From assembly GCA_002104945.1 (NCBI GenBank), contig MCFH01000045.1:124001-188000 (forward strand): DNA of 64,000 bases. The letters run 5' to 3'. The notes under the pieces were generated by a model. The model worked only from the letters and a program-made list of their open reading frames with translations. It did no database searches and was not told where the DNA came from. Numbering within the stretch: the first letter of the stretch is position 1; each line of letters begins with the position of its first letter. This document shows, one piece after another, positions 32,301 to 55,718 of the stretch. Position numbers and translations under genes: made by a program. The stretch comes from Piromyces finnis finn. Its lineage: Eukaryota; Fungi; Neocallimastigomycota.

Positions 32301-34262
32301 TTAGTCAACTTCTTCAACAGTTGGACCGTTGTTGGCACCAGCGTTTGGAGCAGCACCACCTGGGAAACCACCTGGAGCAGCACCTGGGAAACCGCCTGGA
32401 GCAGCACCAGCACCAGCACCAGCTTGTTGGTACATCTTAGTCATGATTGGGTTGGCAACACCTTCTAATTCCTTTCTGCGGCTTTCATATTCTTCCTTAG
32501 AGGCTTCTTGGTTGTGGTCTAACCATTCAATAGCATCATCAATAGCCTTGTTTAACTTTTCCTTGTCAGCAGCATCAAGAAGACCAGCGATCTTTTCATC
32601 TTGAATGGTGTTACGAAGTTGGTAAGCGTAGGATTCGAGACCGTTCTTGGCGGCAACACGTTCAGCAACCTTAGCATCTTCTTCCTTGAACTTTTCGGCA
32701 TCGTTAACCATACGTTCAATTTCTTCCTTAGATAATCTACCCTTATCGTTAGTAATGGTAATCTTGTTAGACTTACCAGTGGTCTTATCAAGAGCAGAAA
32801 CGTTAAGAATACCGTTGGCATCAATATCGAAGGTAACTTCAATTTGTGGAACACCACGTGGAGCTGGTGGAATACCAGTTAATTCGAATTTACCTAATAA
32901 GTTGTTGTCTCTGGTAAGAGAACGTTCACCTTCGTAAATTTGAATGGTAACACCAGTTTGGTTATCAGCATAAGTAGAGAAGATATCAGACTTCTTGGTT
33001 GGAATAGTAGTGTTACGCTTAATTAAAGTAGTCATGACACCACCAGCGGTTTCAATACCAAGAGAAAGTGGAGAAACATCAAGTAAAAGTAAATCTTGAG
33101 TCTTTTCAGAAGTTTCACCAGAAAGAATAGCAGCTTGAACAGCAGCACCGTAAGCAACAGCTTCATCTGGGTTGATGGACTTGGATGGTTCCTTACCGTT
33201 GAAGTATTGGGAAACTAAACTTTGGACCTTTGGAATACGAGTAGAACCACCAACAAGAACGATTTCGTGGATAGAAGACTTGTCTAACTTAGAATCGTTA
33301 AGAACCTTTTCAACTGGGTCAATAACATTTCTGAATAAGTCAGAGTTAAGTTCTTCGAAACGAGCACGAGTAATAGAAGTGTAGAAATCAATACCTTCGT
33401 AAAGGGAATCAATTTCAATGGAGGTTTGAGTAGAAGAAGAAAGAGTACGCTTGGCACGTTCACAAGCAGTTCTAAGACGACGAAGAGATCTTGGGTTGGT
33501 AGAGATATCCTTCTTGTACTTTCTCTTGAATTCTTGAACGAAGTGGTTAACAAGACGGTTATCGAAATCTTCACCACCTAAGTGAGTATCACCAGCAGTA
33601 GCCTTAACTTCGAAGATACCATCTTCAATAGTAAGAAGGGAAACATCGAATGTACCACCACCAAGATCGAAAATTAAAACGTTCTTTTCACCTTCAGTCT
33701 TCTTGTCAAGACCGTAGGCAATGGCAGCAGCAGTTGGTTCGTTAATGATACGAAGGACATTAAGACCAGCAATAAGACCGGCATCCTTAGTAGCTTGACG
33801 TTGAGAATCGTTGAAGTAAGCTGGGACAGTAATAACAGCGTTAGCAACCTTGTCACCTAAGTAAGCTTCAGCGGTATCCTTCATCTTAGTAAGAACCATA
33901 GAGGAAATTTCTTCAGCAGTAAAGTCCTTAGTTTCACCCTTGAATTCAACTTGAATGTATGGCTTACCAGACTTTTCAATAACCTTGAAAGGCCAGTGCT
34001 TCATATCAGATTGAACTTCAGCATCAGTGAAACGACGACCGATAAGACGCTTAGCATCGAAAACAGTGTTAGTTGGGTTCATAGCAGCTTGGTTCTTAGC
34101 AGCATCACCAATTAAACGTTCAGAATCAGTGAAGGCAACAAAAGATGGAGTGGTACGGTTACCTTGATCGTTTGGAATAATTTCAACACGATCGTTTTGC
34201 CAGACACCAACACAAGAGTAGGTAGTACCTAAATCAATACCAATGGAAGAGACCTTGGACAT
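32301..34262 (-). CDS. HSP70: Cytosolic heat shock protein 70 (SSA-type), intronless
   Basis: 653-aa ORF with [48 protein letters not shown] and the C-terminal GPTVEEVD. Confidence 0.99.
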   Translation of the reverse strand: MSKVSSIGIDLGTTYSCVGVWQNDRVEIIPNDQGNRTTPSFVAFTDSERLIGDAAKNQAAMNPTNTVFDAKRLIGRRFTDAEVQSDMKHWPFKVIEKSGKPYIQVEFKGETKDFTAEEISSMVLTKMKDTAEAYLGDKVANAVITVPAYFNDSQRQATKDAGLIAGLNVLRIINEPTAAAIAYGLDKKTEGEKNVLIFDLGGGTFDVSLLTIEDGIFEVKATAGDTHLGGEDFDNRLVNHFVQEFKRKYKKDISTNPRSLRRLRTACERAKRTLSSSTQTSIEIDSLYEGIDFYTSITRARFEELNSDLFRNVIDPVEKVLNDSKLDKSSIHEIVLVGGSTRIPKVQSLVSQYFNGKEPSKSINPDEAVAYGAAVQAAILSGETSEKTQDLLLLDVSPLSLGIETAGGVMTTLIKRNTTIPTKKSDIFSTYADNQTGVTIQIYEGERSLTRDNNLLGKFELTGIPPAPRGVPQIEVTFDIDANGILNVSALDKTTGKSNKITITNDKGRLSKEEIERMVNDAEKFKEEDAKVAERVAAKNGLESYAYQLRNTIQDEKIAGLLDAADKEKLNKAIDDAIEWLDHNQEASKEEYESRRKELEGVANPIMTKMYQQAGAGAGAAPGGFPGAAPGGFPGGAAPNAGANNGPTVEEVD

Positions 34263-36281
34263 ATTTTACTAATTTAAATTAATTTTTTTTTTGTTTTTTT
34301 TTAAGTTATCTTTTTTGTGTAAAATTGTATTTTATTTATTAATAGTATATTATGGTATAAAGGTATATTATACTATATAATAAAATATGTTTTTTTATTT
34401 AATAAATAAAAATTTATTATAATAAAATAAGTTTCGTAAAAAGTGTGAAGAAAAATACGTAAAAGGAAAATGATAAGCTTTTTATAGCAGAAAAAAAAAA
34501 ATAAGAATAAATTAAATGAATCATTTATTATAAATACATTTAATATAAATTGAACCATATATTAATATATTAATTTTTCGATACTTTCTAAATAAATAGA
34601 ATATATATATTAAATAAGGTTTTAATCCTACAAAAAAATTTTTTTTCTTTTAGTTTCTTTTATTTTCCATTTTCTTCAATAAATAATATATAAATGAATA
34701 TAAATAATTATTAAAAGTTAATGAATAGAAATAAATCCTATTAAATAAGACATTTAATGGATAATTGAAATTAAATTAATGGATATGGATAGAATCAATA
34801 ATAAATTTCTATTTTTATTATTATTATTATTATGTTACAAATACATAAAAAAGTTCAGTTTTATAAACTTTTTTTCGTAGAAAATAAAGTCCAAAATAAT
34901 GAAAAAATAAATAATAAACAAATAATAATAAGTGGCCGTAGTACTAAGATAGTAACAATTATAAAGAATTTATAATGAATGAATAAATAATAATAATAAA
35001 CAAAAAATAATTGATAAGATGATTAATTTAGATAATGTACATAAATTAAATAAATAGACAAATTAATTTATTATTTAATTTGATGAAACTGTATTAAAAC
35101 ATAAAACTAGTTCAAAGTTTGTTAATTATAATAAGGCTCTTTTTTTTTTTTTTTTTACAGAATCACCACCAAATTCAATAATCAATTAGGAATGGCACAA
35201 AAATCTTTACCATCATAGAAGATTCACTATTGATTTTTGATTATTATATTTTCATAGTATAAATAATAGTTTTATTAAATAGATAATTATCAATTTATTA
35301 TTAATTATATAATATTGTCTGTATAATCCTCATTTTTAGTAATTATTAATATTGCTATTTATAACTCCTCCAACACTCTATTATTAATTGAATTTAGTCT
35401 GAGATTATTCTACAAATATAAAAAAGAAGGCATTACATAAATTATTCTATATAGAAGAAATAATATACAGTAGCATTAATTTAATGGTGTAAATTAAATA
35501 AAAAAATTACTCTATATTAAAAAGTTGGAAAATTTTATTTTAACTAGGTAGGATTTATTTTTACTATTGTGTTGTTATGTATGTTACATATCAAAACTTT
35601 TTGTATAAAAAAAAAGGCTTCCTTTCTAAATAACATTGATTTTTCTTTTATTGAGTTTTAATCTTGATTTGTTATATTAAAACTCAATTTTAATATATTC
35701 TTGTATTCATTAATTTATTGATACGTAATGTAGTTCATAATATAGTTTAATGTAAGAAAGTATAAGTATTATAACTCAGAATGTTACCAAAGATTAAATC
35801 AAATAAAGAAATAAGACTATGCATAGAACATTAGATTTTATAAATAAAAAATAATGTGTTAGTGTCAAATGCTTTTTTTTTTTTTTTTTTAAAAAAAGCG
35901 GATAATTAGATAATAATAAGAATGGAGGATTAACAAAGCATGATACAACATGATAATCTTTTAAAGTAAATTAGTGTACAAATGTACATACAAAACGTAG
36001 AAAAATGTCAAAAATAATGTATCAAAAACTTTAAATAAAATTTCATGTGAACAAAAAAAAAAAAAGAAACTTAAAGAACTTTTGATAGAAGAATAAAAAA
36101 AAAAGTTTCTTTTTGACATAAAGTGGATTTTATAAATAATAAACAAAAAACAATTTATATTTAATTAATTATTTATATTTTATTTATTTATTTTAATAGC
36201 TTTTTCTATGTTATAATAATAATATTCTATAATAATATAATAATAATTGCATAATGAATAAAAGTAAAATAGATATTTTGC

Positions 36282-36401
<120 letters not shown>

Positions 36402-36767
36402 TAGATTTATTTTGTTTATTTACTAGATCCGTAGATTTACAAATAAAGTGTACAACAATAGAATGATGCTTTTTTTAAATAGAATTATTATAATTATTAT
36501 TTTATTTAATGTTTTTAAATTTATATATATATATATATTTATTTTTATTTATTTTTATATTGCTATTATAAACCGGGATAGAAATTTATATCGGTATTGT
36601 CGTTTTTTTTTTTTTATATATAGAGTAAAATTTTCCTTTTTTTATTTTTTAATGAATTGTTTTTTTTTTTTTTTCTTTTTTTTGATAATAATAAAGTTAT
36701 TATTATTATTATTATTTGTTTGAGTGTTTTATGGTTTAATGAATAAATAAATTAATTTAGAAAAAAG

Positions 36768-45612
<8,845 letters not shown>

Positions 45613-45839
45613 TTTTTTTAAAAAAATAATATCACTGAGTAAATAAAAGTGTAAAAATTCGAGATTAATTGAAAATTAATGTTGGAGTTTAAAAATACAT
45701 TTCCATTAAATTATAAATGAAGAATTCCTTATGTATATAATTTATCTATAATAACAATTTATTAAAATTTTAATTTTAATTATCTAATTCTTATATTATA
45801 TTATATTATTATATTATATATTTTATATTTAGCTATTTA

Positions 45840-45870
<31 letters not shown>

Positions 45871-48232
45871 CATAAATAAATTACTTTTAAAAGTGTTTAT
45901 ATAAACTTTTAAAAATATTATGAATTTTATTTTTCCAATAATCAAAATTTAAATTTCTTAATATTATTTAAGAATGTATATTGTTTTTTTCTATATGTTT
46001 ATTAGTTTACTTGTTTTTTGAAGTTTACTTTATTTCTTTACTTTTTTTTTTTATAAGAGAGAAAAAGAAGATTATTATATAATTAACAGTTTTAGATAGA
46101 TACTAAAATTTGATAATATAAAAATTATTGCAATATAATCTTATAAAAAAATTTAAAAAATTTGTATATATATATGATATTTAATTTTACTTTATATGGT
46201 ATATGGTGTAATCTTCGAAAAAAAAATTTTTATTTTTTAATACTTTAACTATTTATAAAAGTTTTTCTTTTCTATTTTATATAGTAAAATAAGACAAAAT
46301 AATGTTTATGACATGTTTTTTATTATCTTAATACAATAAAAAAACCTAAACTGTTTTAATAATGAATAATGAAAAAACAAAATTTCAAAATTAAATATAA
46401 TACTCCAAATGTTGTAATCTATAATATTACAAAAGTGGTGTTTATCAATCCAATTTACAAGCTTTAATGACAATATTCGTATAGATTGTTTTAATAAATA
46501 AATGAAAAAAATATTTATGCATAACTACTTATTTAAATAATAGTAATTGATAATATCTTATTACTTATGAATTAAAATGCCTCTTATATTAACTAAAGAC
46601 ATACATAATTATACATAATTATTGAAGAAGTATCATTTTTTCAAATTAAAAATATAATTTGATTATAAAGCTATTAAGTTTTAATCAGTTCTAAATCTGA
46701 TAAATATAATCAAAGTTCATTTAGAATGTAGATGATAATTATGATAATTAATAAATCTTTTCTGGAATAAAATATTATAAATATTGAGAATCCTATATTT
46801 TCCATTATACATATAGTAATTTAGAGCATCAAGTAAAGAAAAATGAATAAAAAGAAAAGTTTTTTTTTATTATTTTAATGGTAATTTAAAAATATGTCTT
46901 ATAAATGATGATATTGATTCTTCTTATTTTATATGATATAATCCAATATATTTTATTATAAATTAAAGAAACAACGGACTTAATTATAATTCAGAAATTT
47001 ATTATTATTATTTTTTTTTTTTAAAAAAAAAAACTTTTTTCATTCTTGATATAATTACTTAATTATTAAGATAAAATACATATTAATACATAAAAAGAGG
47101 ATAAAAGTATCAAATATATTTACTAAAAAAAAAAAAAAGTGTAATAAGAAAAAAATAAAAATTAATATATGAATCTAACTAATAAAATGGTTAAATAAAA
47201 TAACAAAAATTATATAATTATAATTACCATATATATTCAATAGTATATTATATTATATATATGGATTAAAATTTCTTGTTTTTTTTTTCTTTACACTCAT
47301 TGTTTTGATGATATTATAAAAATAGCTCACTTATTTTTATGGTAGAAGTTCTATTATAAACTATTGTTAAAAAATATTACTTCAAGATTTAAAACTTTTT
47401 CTTTATTTTTTTAAATTAATTGAAAATTTTCCATAAAATTTTAGGTTGATGTTGGAGATATTAAATGAAATATTTTTAAAACTTTAGATAATTTGTCTTT
47501 TTTTTTTTTTTTTTACAAAACATTTATAGCTAATATTTTAAAGATAATTCTATCTAAATTTAAAAAAAAAAAAACTCTTTTATTATTTTAATCATAAATA
47601 TTTTCATTTTATGTTTAACTGATGGTTTTAAATAAAGAAATTATTAATTATATTTACATTAAAAAAATTTTGCTTATTATAACTCTATTGTATATGTATT
47701 ATTTAATTTAATATTCTATTCAGATTCTCCATTTCTTTTATAAATAGTTATATAATTTTAATATTAATAACATTCATTATTTTTTATTCTTTAGTATTTT
47801 TACTTTTTTATTTGTAATTATATTATAATTTTCTGATGACTGATTTGACTAAATTATTTCTATATAACTTTCTTTTTTCTATTTTTAACTTTGAATACCT
47901 TATTATTTTTTCATATAATTAATTATTTGATACCATCTTCATATCATAGTTAAATAAATTTAAAAAGTAAGGATTATTTTTATAGAAAAAAAAGATTAAA
48001 AAACAAAGATTATTTTATAGAAAAAAAAAATTAGAAATTCAATAAAATATTTTTATGAATTTTTAATAAATATATTTTAATATCTATTTGTATTTATTTA
48101 TATTAATATTATTAAAGATTATATAAAATAATTAAAACTCAACTTTTTAATTATAATTATATAACTATATATTTCAAAAAAAAATATTTTTATATTTTAA
48201 TTATTATTGAATATTAATAATAGGTAATGATC

Positions 48233-48561
48233 TTCAGTATGTAAGCATTAGATAAAATATTTATATTTTAATTTTTCTATTCAGTATGTAAGCATTAGAT
48301 AAAATATTTATATTTTAATTTTTCTATTCAGTATGTAAGCATTAGATAAAATATTTATATTTTAATTTTTCTATTCAGTATGTAAGCATTAGATAAAATA
48401 TTTATATTTTAATTTTTCTATTCAGTATGTAAGCATTAGATAAAATATTTATATTTTAATTTTTCTATTCAGTATGTAAGCATTAGATAAAATATTTATA
48501 TTTTAATTTTTCTATTCAGTATGTAAGCATTAGATAAAATATTTATATTTTAATTTTTCTA
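48233..48561. repeat. Minisatellite: 7 identical 47-bp units (TTCAGTATGTAAGCATTAGATAAAATATTTATATTTTAATTTTTCTA)
   Basis: Unit starts at 48233, 48280, 48327, 48374, 48421, 48468 and 48515. No spacers and no variant bases seen. Confidence 0.97.
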
Positions 48562-50170
48562 TTGCGATTTTTATTATTGTACCAATGAATATTAAATTTA
48601 TAACCTTAAATCAATTAAGGTTTTTTTTTTTTTAACCTTAATGCATTTCAATAGTTTTCAAAATAACCTTATTTAATAACACATATATTAAATATTAACA
48701 GGTTTTAACCTTGTTGTTGATAATAAATTAAGTTGGAAAAAACATGGTTACACAATTTTTTGGTTTAATAATTTACCAAGTTATTTGTGGTATGACAAGA
48801 CCATTTAATTTAAAATTGTCAATATTCATATAATATCATTATATAGAAATATATTATTTTTTAACATTTACCAATTTAATTATTATAATAAATTTATAAA
48901 CATATAAAATCAAAATCAAAAACATAATAAATAAACGAATAAATAAACTTTTTTTTTTTATATAAATTTAATAAAATTTCATATAAAATCATAATAATAT
49001 CCTTTTATTTTTAAACTTTTTTTTTTTTTTTTTTTTATAAAATATATATAATTCATTTTTATTAAATAAAGTTTTGTATATATAAAAAGTATTTGTAAAT
49101 AGCAATATACTATTTATAAAAAAAGCCTTTTTTTTTTTAAAAAAATAAAATTCAAAAAGTTATTGATAAAAGTGATAATAAAAGAAAAATATTTTATTTT
49201 TATTTTTAATTAAATAAAAGATTCCCAATATTTTGTTTAATAATGAAGGAACTTATGTGAAAGGCCAATTTGAGTAAAGTAATCAATTAATACAAATAGT
49301 TTTATATAATAAGTAAAAAATATTATATATAAATAAATACATAAATTTATTTCATTGGTCAGTATAACGGATATGATAAATATAATGAATGATTGATAAG
49401 AAAAAAAATCGTGTAATATAATTAAATTAAGAAAATTTATAATATGAAAAAGATCATTAAAAGAAAAAACAAAATATAAATATCAATAAAAATAAATAAA
49501 ACAAAAAGAGAAAAGAAAATATATACATTAATCATATATTATTTAATAATAGAATTTTAATGAGTTTTAAAGACAAAGAATATTTATAAGTAAGATAAAT
49601 CATAAAAAATATTAAAGGCCATGTGCCATGTTAAGAACTACAAATTTTAAAATTTCAGATATCATTAGTTATTATTATTAAATATGTCAGTAATATAAAT
49701 TAATTATTATTTTAATATAATTATCATCATTTTATATAATTAATTATAGTAGTAAAATGAAAATTTAATTAAAAGTCATTTATTTCAATTTTTAAAAATT
49801 TTAATATATAAAAGCAACATATCAATATATATAACTCTAACGTTTAAGTAGTTTAATAAATATCAAAGAATTAAAAGAAATATTTATATTAACAATAAAC
49901 ATTATTTTAAAAAATGTTTTAATTTTGTGTCAAAAAACAATTTTTAATTTTTAATTATATAATAAAATAATAAATAACAACAATTAATAATAATGTTATT
50001 TATAATAATTATAATTTATTACTTTTCTTTGTATAATTTTAATTAAAATTTAAATTATAAAAATTTTTTCAATGTAATTTTAATTTAATTTTCAATTTTT
50101 ATTTTTTTTTCTTTATTTTTTATAAAAACTTATATTTAAAAAACACAAGCTGTATGAAATACTAACAAAA

Positions 50171-51300
50171 ATGAATAATAATAATAATGATCCGGATAAT
50201 GAAGGAAATAATTCATTAGATAGTTTGTAAGTAATTCTAATGATTATTCAATTACTAGTAATATAATATGAATAATATTTTTCTATTATTATAAGAAAAA
50301 AAAAGTATATTAATATTAAATATATTTTATATGTTAATTTTTTTTTTAAAAATAATAATATAAAGATTTCAAGAAGCAAAAAATATATATATTCAACAAG
50401 CACAACCTATTTTATCGTCACAAGGTTTTCAACAATTTCCAACATATCAAACTCCTAATACATCTATACCTCAACAAATTATAGCAGGACCGATTCAAAA
50501 TCAAAATATTTATATATATGATAATGGGGCTCAACCTTCTACATCACAAACATCATTAAGATACCCAACTTTCCCAAATGTTATGAGTGATAATGATAAA
50601 TTAAATCAAAATAATTTCCAACTCAGAAAATTAAAGAAAGCGAGATTAAAGCGTCAAAAGAAAGCAGAATATATTGACTTTTTAGAACAACGTATATCAC
50701 AACTTGAAAGAATAATTAAACAACATAATTTAAAATTTGTAGAACCACCTTCAGAACCTGATAAGAAGGCTGAATCGTCAAATATTGATAATAATACAAC
50801 AGTGTTAACCCCATCATCTGTACAAACACCTAATTTAGAAAATACATTCTCTTCAATAAATGAAGGCAATGACAATGAAAATATTTTGAAAAGAAAAAAT
50901 AATGATGATGGTAAATAAATAAAATGTATATAATAAACAAGATAAAAAGAAAATAATGATTATTGATTAATAATTAATCCAATTATAAATATTTTTAAAT
51001 TAATATAGAACTTGGCATTGAAGATTCATCAAAAAAAACAAAAACTCAAATACCAGAAGAGTCAAAAGAAACATCAACATGTAATCAGAAAACCGATAAT
51101 GAAAATAAAAAGAAAAACAATACATTTTCAATTGAGGATTATCGATTAGATTCCTCAATATTTTTACAAAGTCACTATCTTGATACAGAAATTTCTTTAG
51201 ATATATCAAAAGGTAAATAGTCTATTATTTATTAATATATATAAACTTTATAATCAATAGTATATTTAAATAATATATATATTAATTGTTATATTCTCAA

Positions 51301-51355
<55 letters not shown>

Positions 51356-53235
51356 GTATTACGTATTACTACTATTATATTTGACAAATTTTATATATTT
51401 ATGTTAATATATTTATATCAATTATAAAATGAAGGTTTATTTGAAATGGCGGAGGATTTTTTTAATATTCCAGATGAATTTAGCAGTGATTTTTATGAAC
51501 TTGATAAGCAAAAGATTAATTTTAAAAACGAGTCATTAGAATTAGATGTATTTATAAGATCAAACGATAATAATCAAAACGCTATACCAAATAAAACTAA
51601 TTTACAAATAGACGTAAGTGATCCTTATGGTATATTCAGTAGATCATTTTGCACATTTCATTTTGTTTACAAAACATTTTCAGAAACAGAAAGTTTTAAT
51701 GATTTTGTTGTTGAAATCATTAAAGCACTATTTTTATATTGCTCTTATTTCCCACCGGATGATTTAATCAATTTTACTCTTTTACGAAAGGATTTATATA
51801 CCCACAATTTATTCATGATATATAGTTTATGCTCATATGTAAATATATATTAGTATAATTATATTTTATTTATTAAATGAATAAACTTTTAATAATAATA
51901 AAACTTCATTTAATGTTAATATATTAAAAAAAAATAGGGATTAGCTTTAATTCCTTTTGATATTCCATATAAAGTTGGTAATAATATATCCTTTATAAAT
52001 AGTTGCATAAAAGCTTGTCCAGCAGAAAATCTTGAAGTAGGATATCTACAAAGATAAATGTATTTTATTAAAACATAAATAATTATAACAAAATTAATAA
52101 ATTTAATCAATTTTTTTTTTAGGATTTTTATTTGAAATATATTAAAAATAAGGAAATTACATATAAACATATATTTGCACTGTCAGAGTTATTTTATAGA
52201 GAAGCATTAAAATATCACTTTTTTGACGGACCAATAGAATTACATACAATTGAAGGTTATATTTCCTTAGGGCTATTTAAATGCTGTTTAGGTGAAACGT
52301 TCAAGGCATGTGAATTTTTGGGAATAGCGGTTCGTTATGGTGATGCAATTAATTTAAATTCATTTGTGGATATCGACAATAATGATGTTGAAAATATTAT
52401 AAATAAAAGATTATGGTGGAAATGTTATTCTTATGGTAAATATATATATATATATATAAATATTTTATTTATAATAATACAATTGTTTTTGATAGGTATA
52501 CCATATTAAATCCATATCTTCCTATTTTATTAATTTATATAATAATATATTATTAATGATAAGATGTAATGTCTGTTAGAATATTTGATGTTGAACCATT
52601 ATTCAATAGTACACGATATGATAAATTTCAACGTGATAGGATTGATTATTATAATGATAAATCTAATGATGTAAATAAAACAGACAAAAATTCAACATTT
52701 TTAATTCTTCATCGATTTGTTAGAGTATGGAAAAAAGTAGTTTTATTTACTAATGATATTTTAAATAAACGGTTAAATCGTAATTATTTCTATTCCGTAA
52801 ACTTTGTTAAACCAGGATGTAGTTTATTTGAAAAAATTGTAGAAGACAAGGATATTACTGATAGTGATGATAAATATAGTATTGATACATATAAAGATTC
52901 TCCAGTATTAGATCATGTTCATGAATTATTAAAAATGGAAATCAAAAATTTATGGGATTCTATTCCAGATGCCTTTAAAAAAATAACTATGATTAATTCA
53001 TCATTAAATCCAAATTTTTTAAAATTAATGGCCTCTTATCATATTATTTATTATTCAATTACCATCTGTATTTATCGACCATCAATCGTTCATAAAGATT
53101 TCAAATGGACAAAAGGTTACACTAAACATTCTTATAATAGAACTGTTTGTTTAAAATCTGCTCAACGTACTGCTCGGTTTATTTATTATTATATGAAAAA
53201 TGGAATAATGGATTTAATTCCAAAGTAAGAAAATT

Positions 53236-53273
<38 letters not shown>

Positions 53274-53673
53274 ATTAATAGAATGAAAATATGAAATATT
53301 TATTTGTTTTATTAATAATAATATTATTATTATTTCATATATATAACATTTATAAATTTCAAAACATTAACTTTTTATTATCATTTATCTAATAATATCT
53401 CTTATAATTTTCCTTAGTATTTTAATCTATGCCATATTTGAAGCTGTTGCAGTCATTTTATGTGATTATAAAGCAGAAGAAAATATTTCCAAAAAAATAC
53501 CATTAAAAGTAGATTATAAAGAAAGAAGAGAAAAGATTTTAATTTTGAACATTCTTATTATTTTTTATTATCATAGAGCAAAACATCAATTACTTGCAAA
53601 CTTAATTCTAAAATTTATTCTTGATTACACAAAACAAAATAACATACCAACAATTATAAATGAAATCAAGTAA
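50171..53673 (+). CDS. Fungal transcription factor with a bZIP-like basic/coiled-coil segment and a fungal-specific TF (MHR) domain
   Basis: Spliced model from MNNNNNDPDNEG (50171), through a Q/P-rich region, to RKLKKARLKRQKKAEYIDFLEQRISQLE. The MHR-like block is HNLFMIYSLCSY...FYREALKY...TIEGYISLGLF...ACEFLGIAVRYGDAINL...INKRLWWKCYSY. The C-terminal helices include YHIIYYSITICIYRP and VCLKSAQRT. Stop at 53671-53673. Confidence 0.78.
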
Positions 53674-54451
53674 ACCATTAAATAATTAATGAAAAAAAAA
53701 GTCTTTTATTTTTTTTTAATATTTGATAATTTTTATTAATATCCTTTTTACTATTTTATTTGATTATTATTATTTTTTTTATTATCATTTATCATTATTA
53801 TTTTACTTTTTTGTTATGTTTATATATATATTTAATTTTAGTATATTTAATAATTGTTAATTGAAAAGAGATATAAAAGTTTTTTTTTTTTTTTTTATTA
53901 TAATATCTCATTTCAATGAAATGATATTTTTTTTTTTATTCTTTTTACATTTTCATTTTTGAAAATAAGTAAAAAGAAAAATATAAAAAAGGAAAAAACC
54001 CCTTTCTTTAAATACGTTTTCTTTGAAAATTTTAGAAAACTATAAGGGGAAGTTTTTTTTTTTTTTTTTTTTTTTATAAATATATATGTAGATGTATAAA
54101 ATAAAAAATTTTGAACTTTTAAATAAAGAAAAATTATAAAAGTAACTCATTAATAAAAAGTAGGATTGATTGGAAGAAATAATTTTAAAATATTTTTTAA
54201 ATATATATATATATTTTTTTTTCTTTTTTTAAAAAATTTTATTAAAAATATATTATAATAAATTAAAAAGATAATTGTGACATTTTTTTTTTTTTTTTTT
54301 TACTTGTCTGTTATTAAAAGTATAGAAGGAAAAAGTCAAAAAAAAAAAAAAAAAAAAAAGAAAAAAAAGAAAAGAAAAGAAAATATAGGATACAATAAAT
54401 AATAAAATTTCTGTTATTATTTTCTATTTTAATGAAATTCAATAATTAATA

Positions 54452-55718
54452 ATGGTAAAAACGACTACAGCACCATTAATAACAACACCAACCCAACTTA
54501 AAAATAAAAATGGTAAAAAGAAAAAGTATTTAAAGAAAAAGGAAAAATTATTAAAGTCCAATGAAATTAATAAAAAACAACAAAAGTTATCAAAGAAGGA
54601 AAAAAGAAGATTAAAGAGAGAACAGGAAGAAAAATGGCAAGCATTAGAATTACAGAAAGAAGAAGAATGTAAAAAGAAAATGAAATTAGTAAAATATTTT
54701 ATTGTAGTGGATTTAGAATGGACTTGTTATAACCCAATAGAAAAGGAACGTTCAGAGGTTGGTGTATAGTCATATAACTACAATTTATATTAATGATAAT
54801 ACAATTTTACAAAAGTAATTTTTATTATTATTTTTTATAATTTTAAAATTAAAAAAGATTTTTTTTTTTAAAAAAAAAAATAAAGTATTTATATGTCAAT
54901 ATAAGAAAAATTAAAATTTAATAAATATATGTTTTTTTATGTAAAGATAATTGAAATTGGTTGTCAAATTGTTAAATATTTGCCAAAGCAACAAAAATTA
55001 ATAGATGTTGCCGACTTTCAACAATATGTAAAACCTGTTATCAACTCAAAGCTAACAAAAATATGCAAAGAACTAACGGGAATACAGCAGGTATTTTTTT
55101 TTTTTTTGAATTTTTTTTTTATATTTATTTCAAATAAAGTTTCAGTTATATACATGTAATATATTTATTTTGATATATTAAAACCTAAAACTTTAAATTA
55201 TTATAGTTTTTTTTTTATTATAAATCTTTTATTCATTAATTTATTTATCTATATTACTATTTATCGTATAGGAAACGGTTGATAAAGCACCAACCTTTAA
55301 AATAGCATGGGAAAAATTTTTAAAATTTTTGGATGAACACAAGATAACGACCGAAAATGCTCGTTTTGTAACTTGGGGAACTCGTGATTTTAATCCTGTA
55401 ATACCGGATGCCTTAGAAAGAGAAGAAATACAACCTCCGAAACCTAATGGTTATCCTGCCTATTTTGATTTACAATATGAGTATAGTCTTTTTACCGGAA
55501 AATATTGTCCCTTCTTTAAACTTTCACGAGCTATAGAAGAATGTAAGCTTGATTTTTCACAGTTTGGTGGTCAACATCATTCTGCTATAGTAGATGCTAA
55601 AAGTGAGGCAGGAATATTTAAAAAGATGGTGAGTGAAGGATGGGATCCTTATGAGTTGGTGAATAATTTTGAAATAAAAAATAATTTGGCTATAAAAGAA
55701 AAAAAAGAAGAAGAATAA
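54452..55718 (+). CDS. ERI1: ERI1-family DEDDh 3'-5' exoribonuclease with a Lys-rich N-terminus (3 exons)
   Basis: FIVVDLEWTC (ExoI D-x-E), IIEIG, FQQYVKPVINSKLTKICKELTGIQQ|ETVDKAPTF, FVTWGTRDF (ExoII D) and HHSAIVDA (ExoIII H-x4-D). These are ERI1/ERI2/ERI3-type motifs; the exact paralog is uncertain. Confidence 0.88.

Noticed and set aside
32329-33856. Several ORFs overlapping HSP70 on both strands
   Set aside because: Expected antisense and off-frame ORFs of a GC-richer, codon-biased gene; no independent motifs.
35150-35420. GGVI/EFGG fragments suggesting a degraded GGAI-repeat protein gene
   Set aside because: The frames are inconsistent and the motifs too short to distinguish from chance.
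34263-35500. Heat-shock elements upstream of HSP70
   Set aside because: Only scattered TTC/GAA triplets; I found no correctly spaced array of three nGAAn units.
48233-48561. Regularly spaced repeats as a CRISPR array
   Set aside because: The units abut directly with no unique spacers, there are no cas genes, and the context is eukaryotic.
48690-48830. Fragment VVDNKLSWKKH resembling the non-LTR RT C-terminal DxKLxWxxH motif
   Set aside because: It is a single short motif in a roughly 35-codon frame with no upstream YLG or YADD context, which is too little to call.
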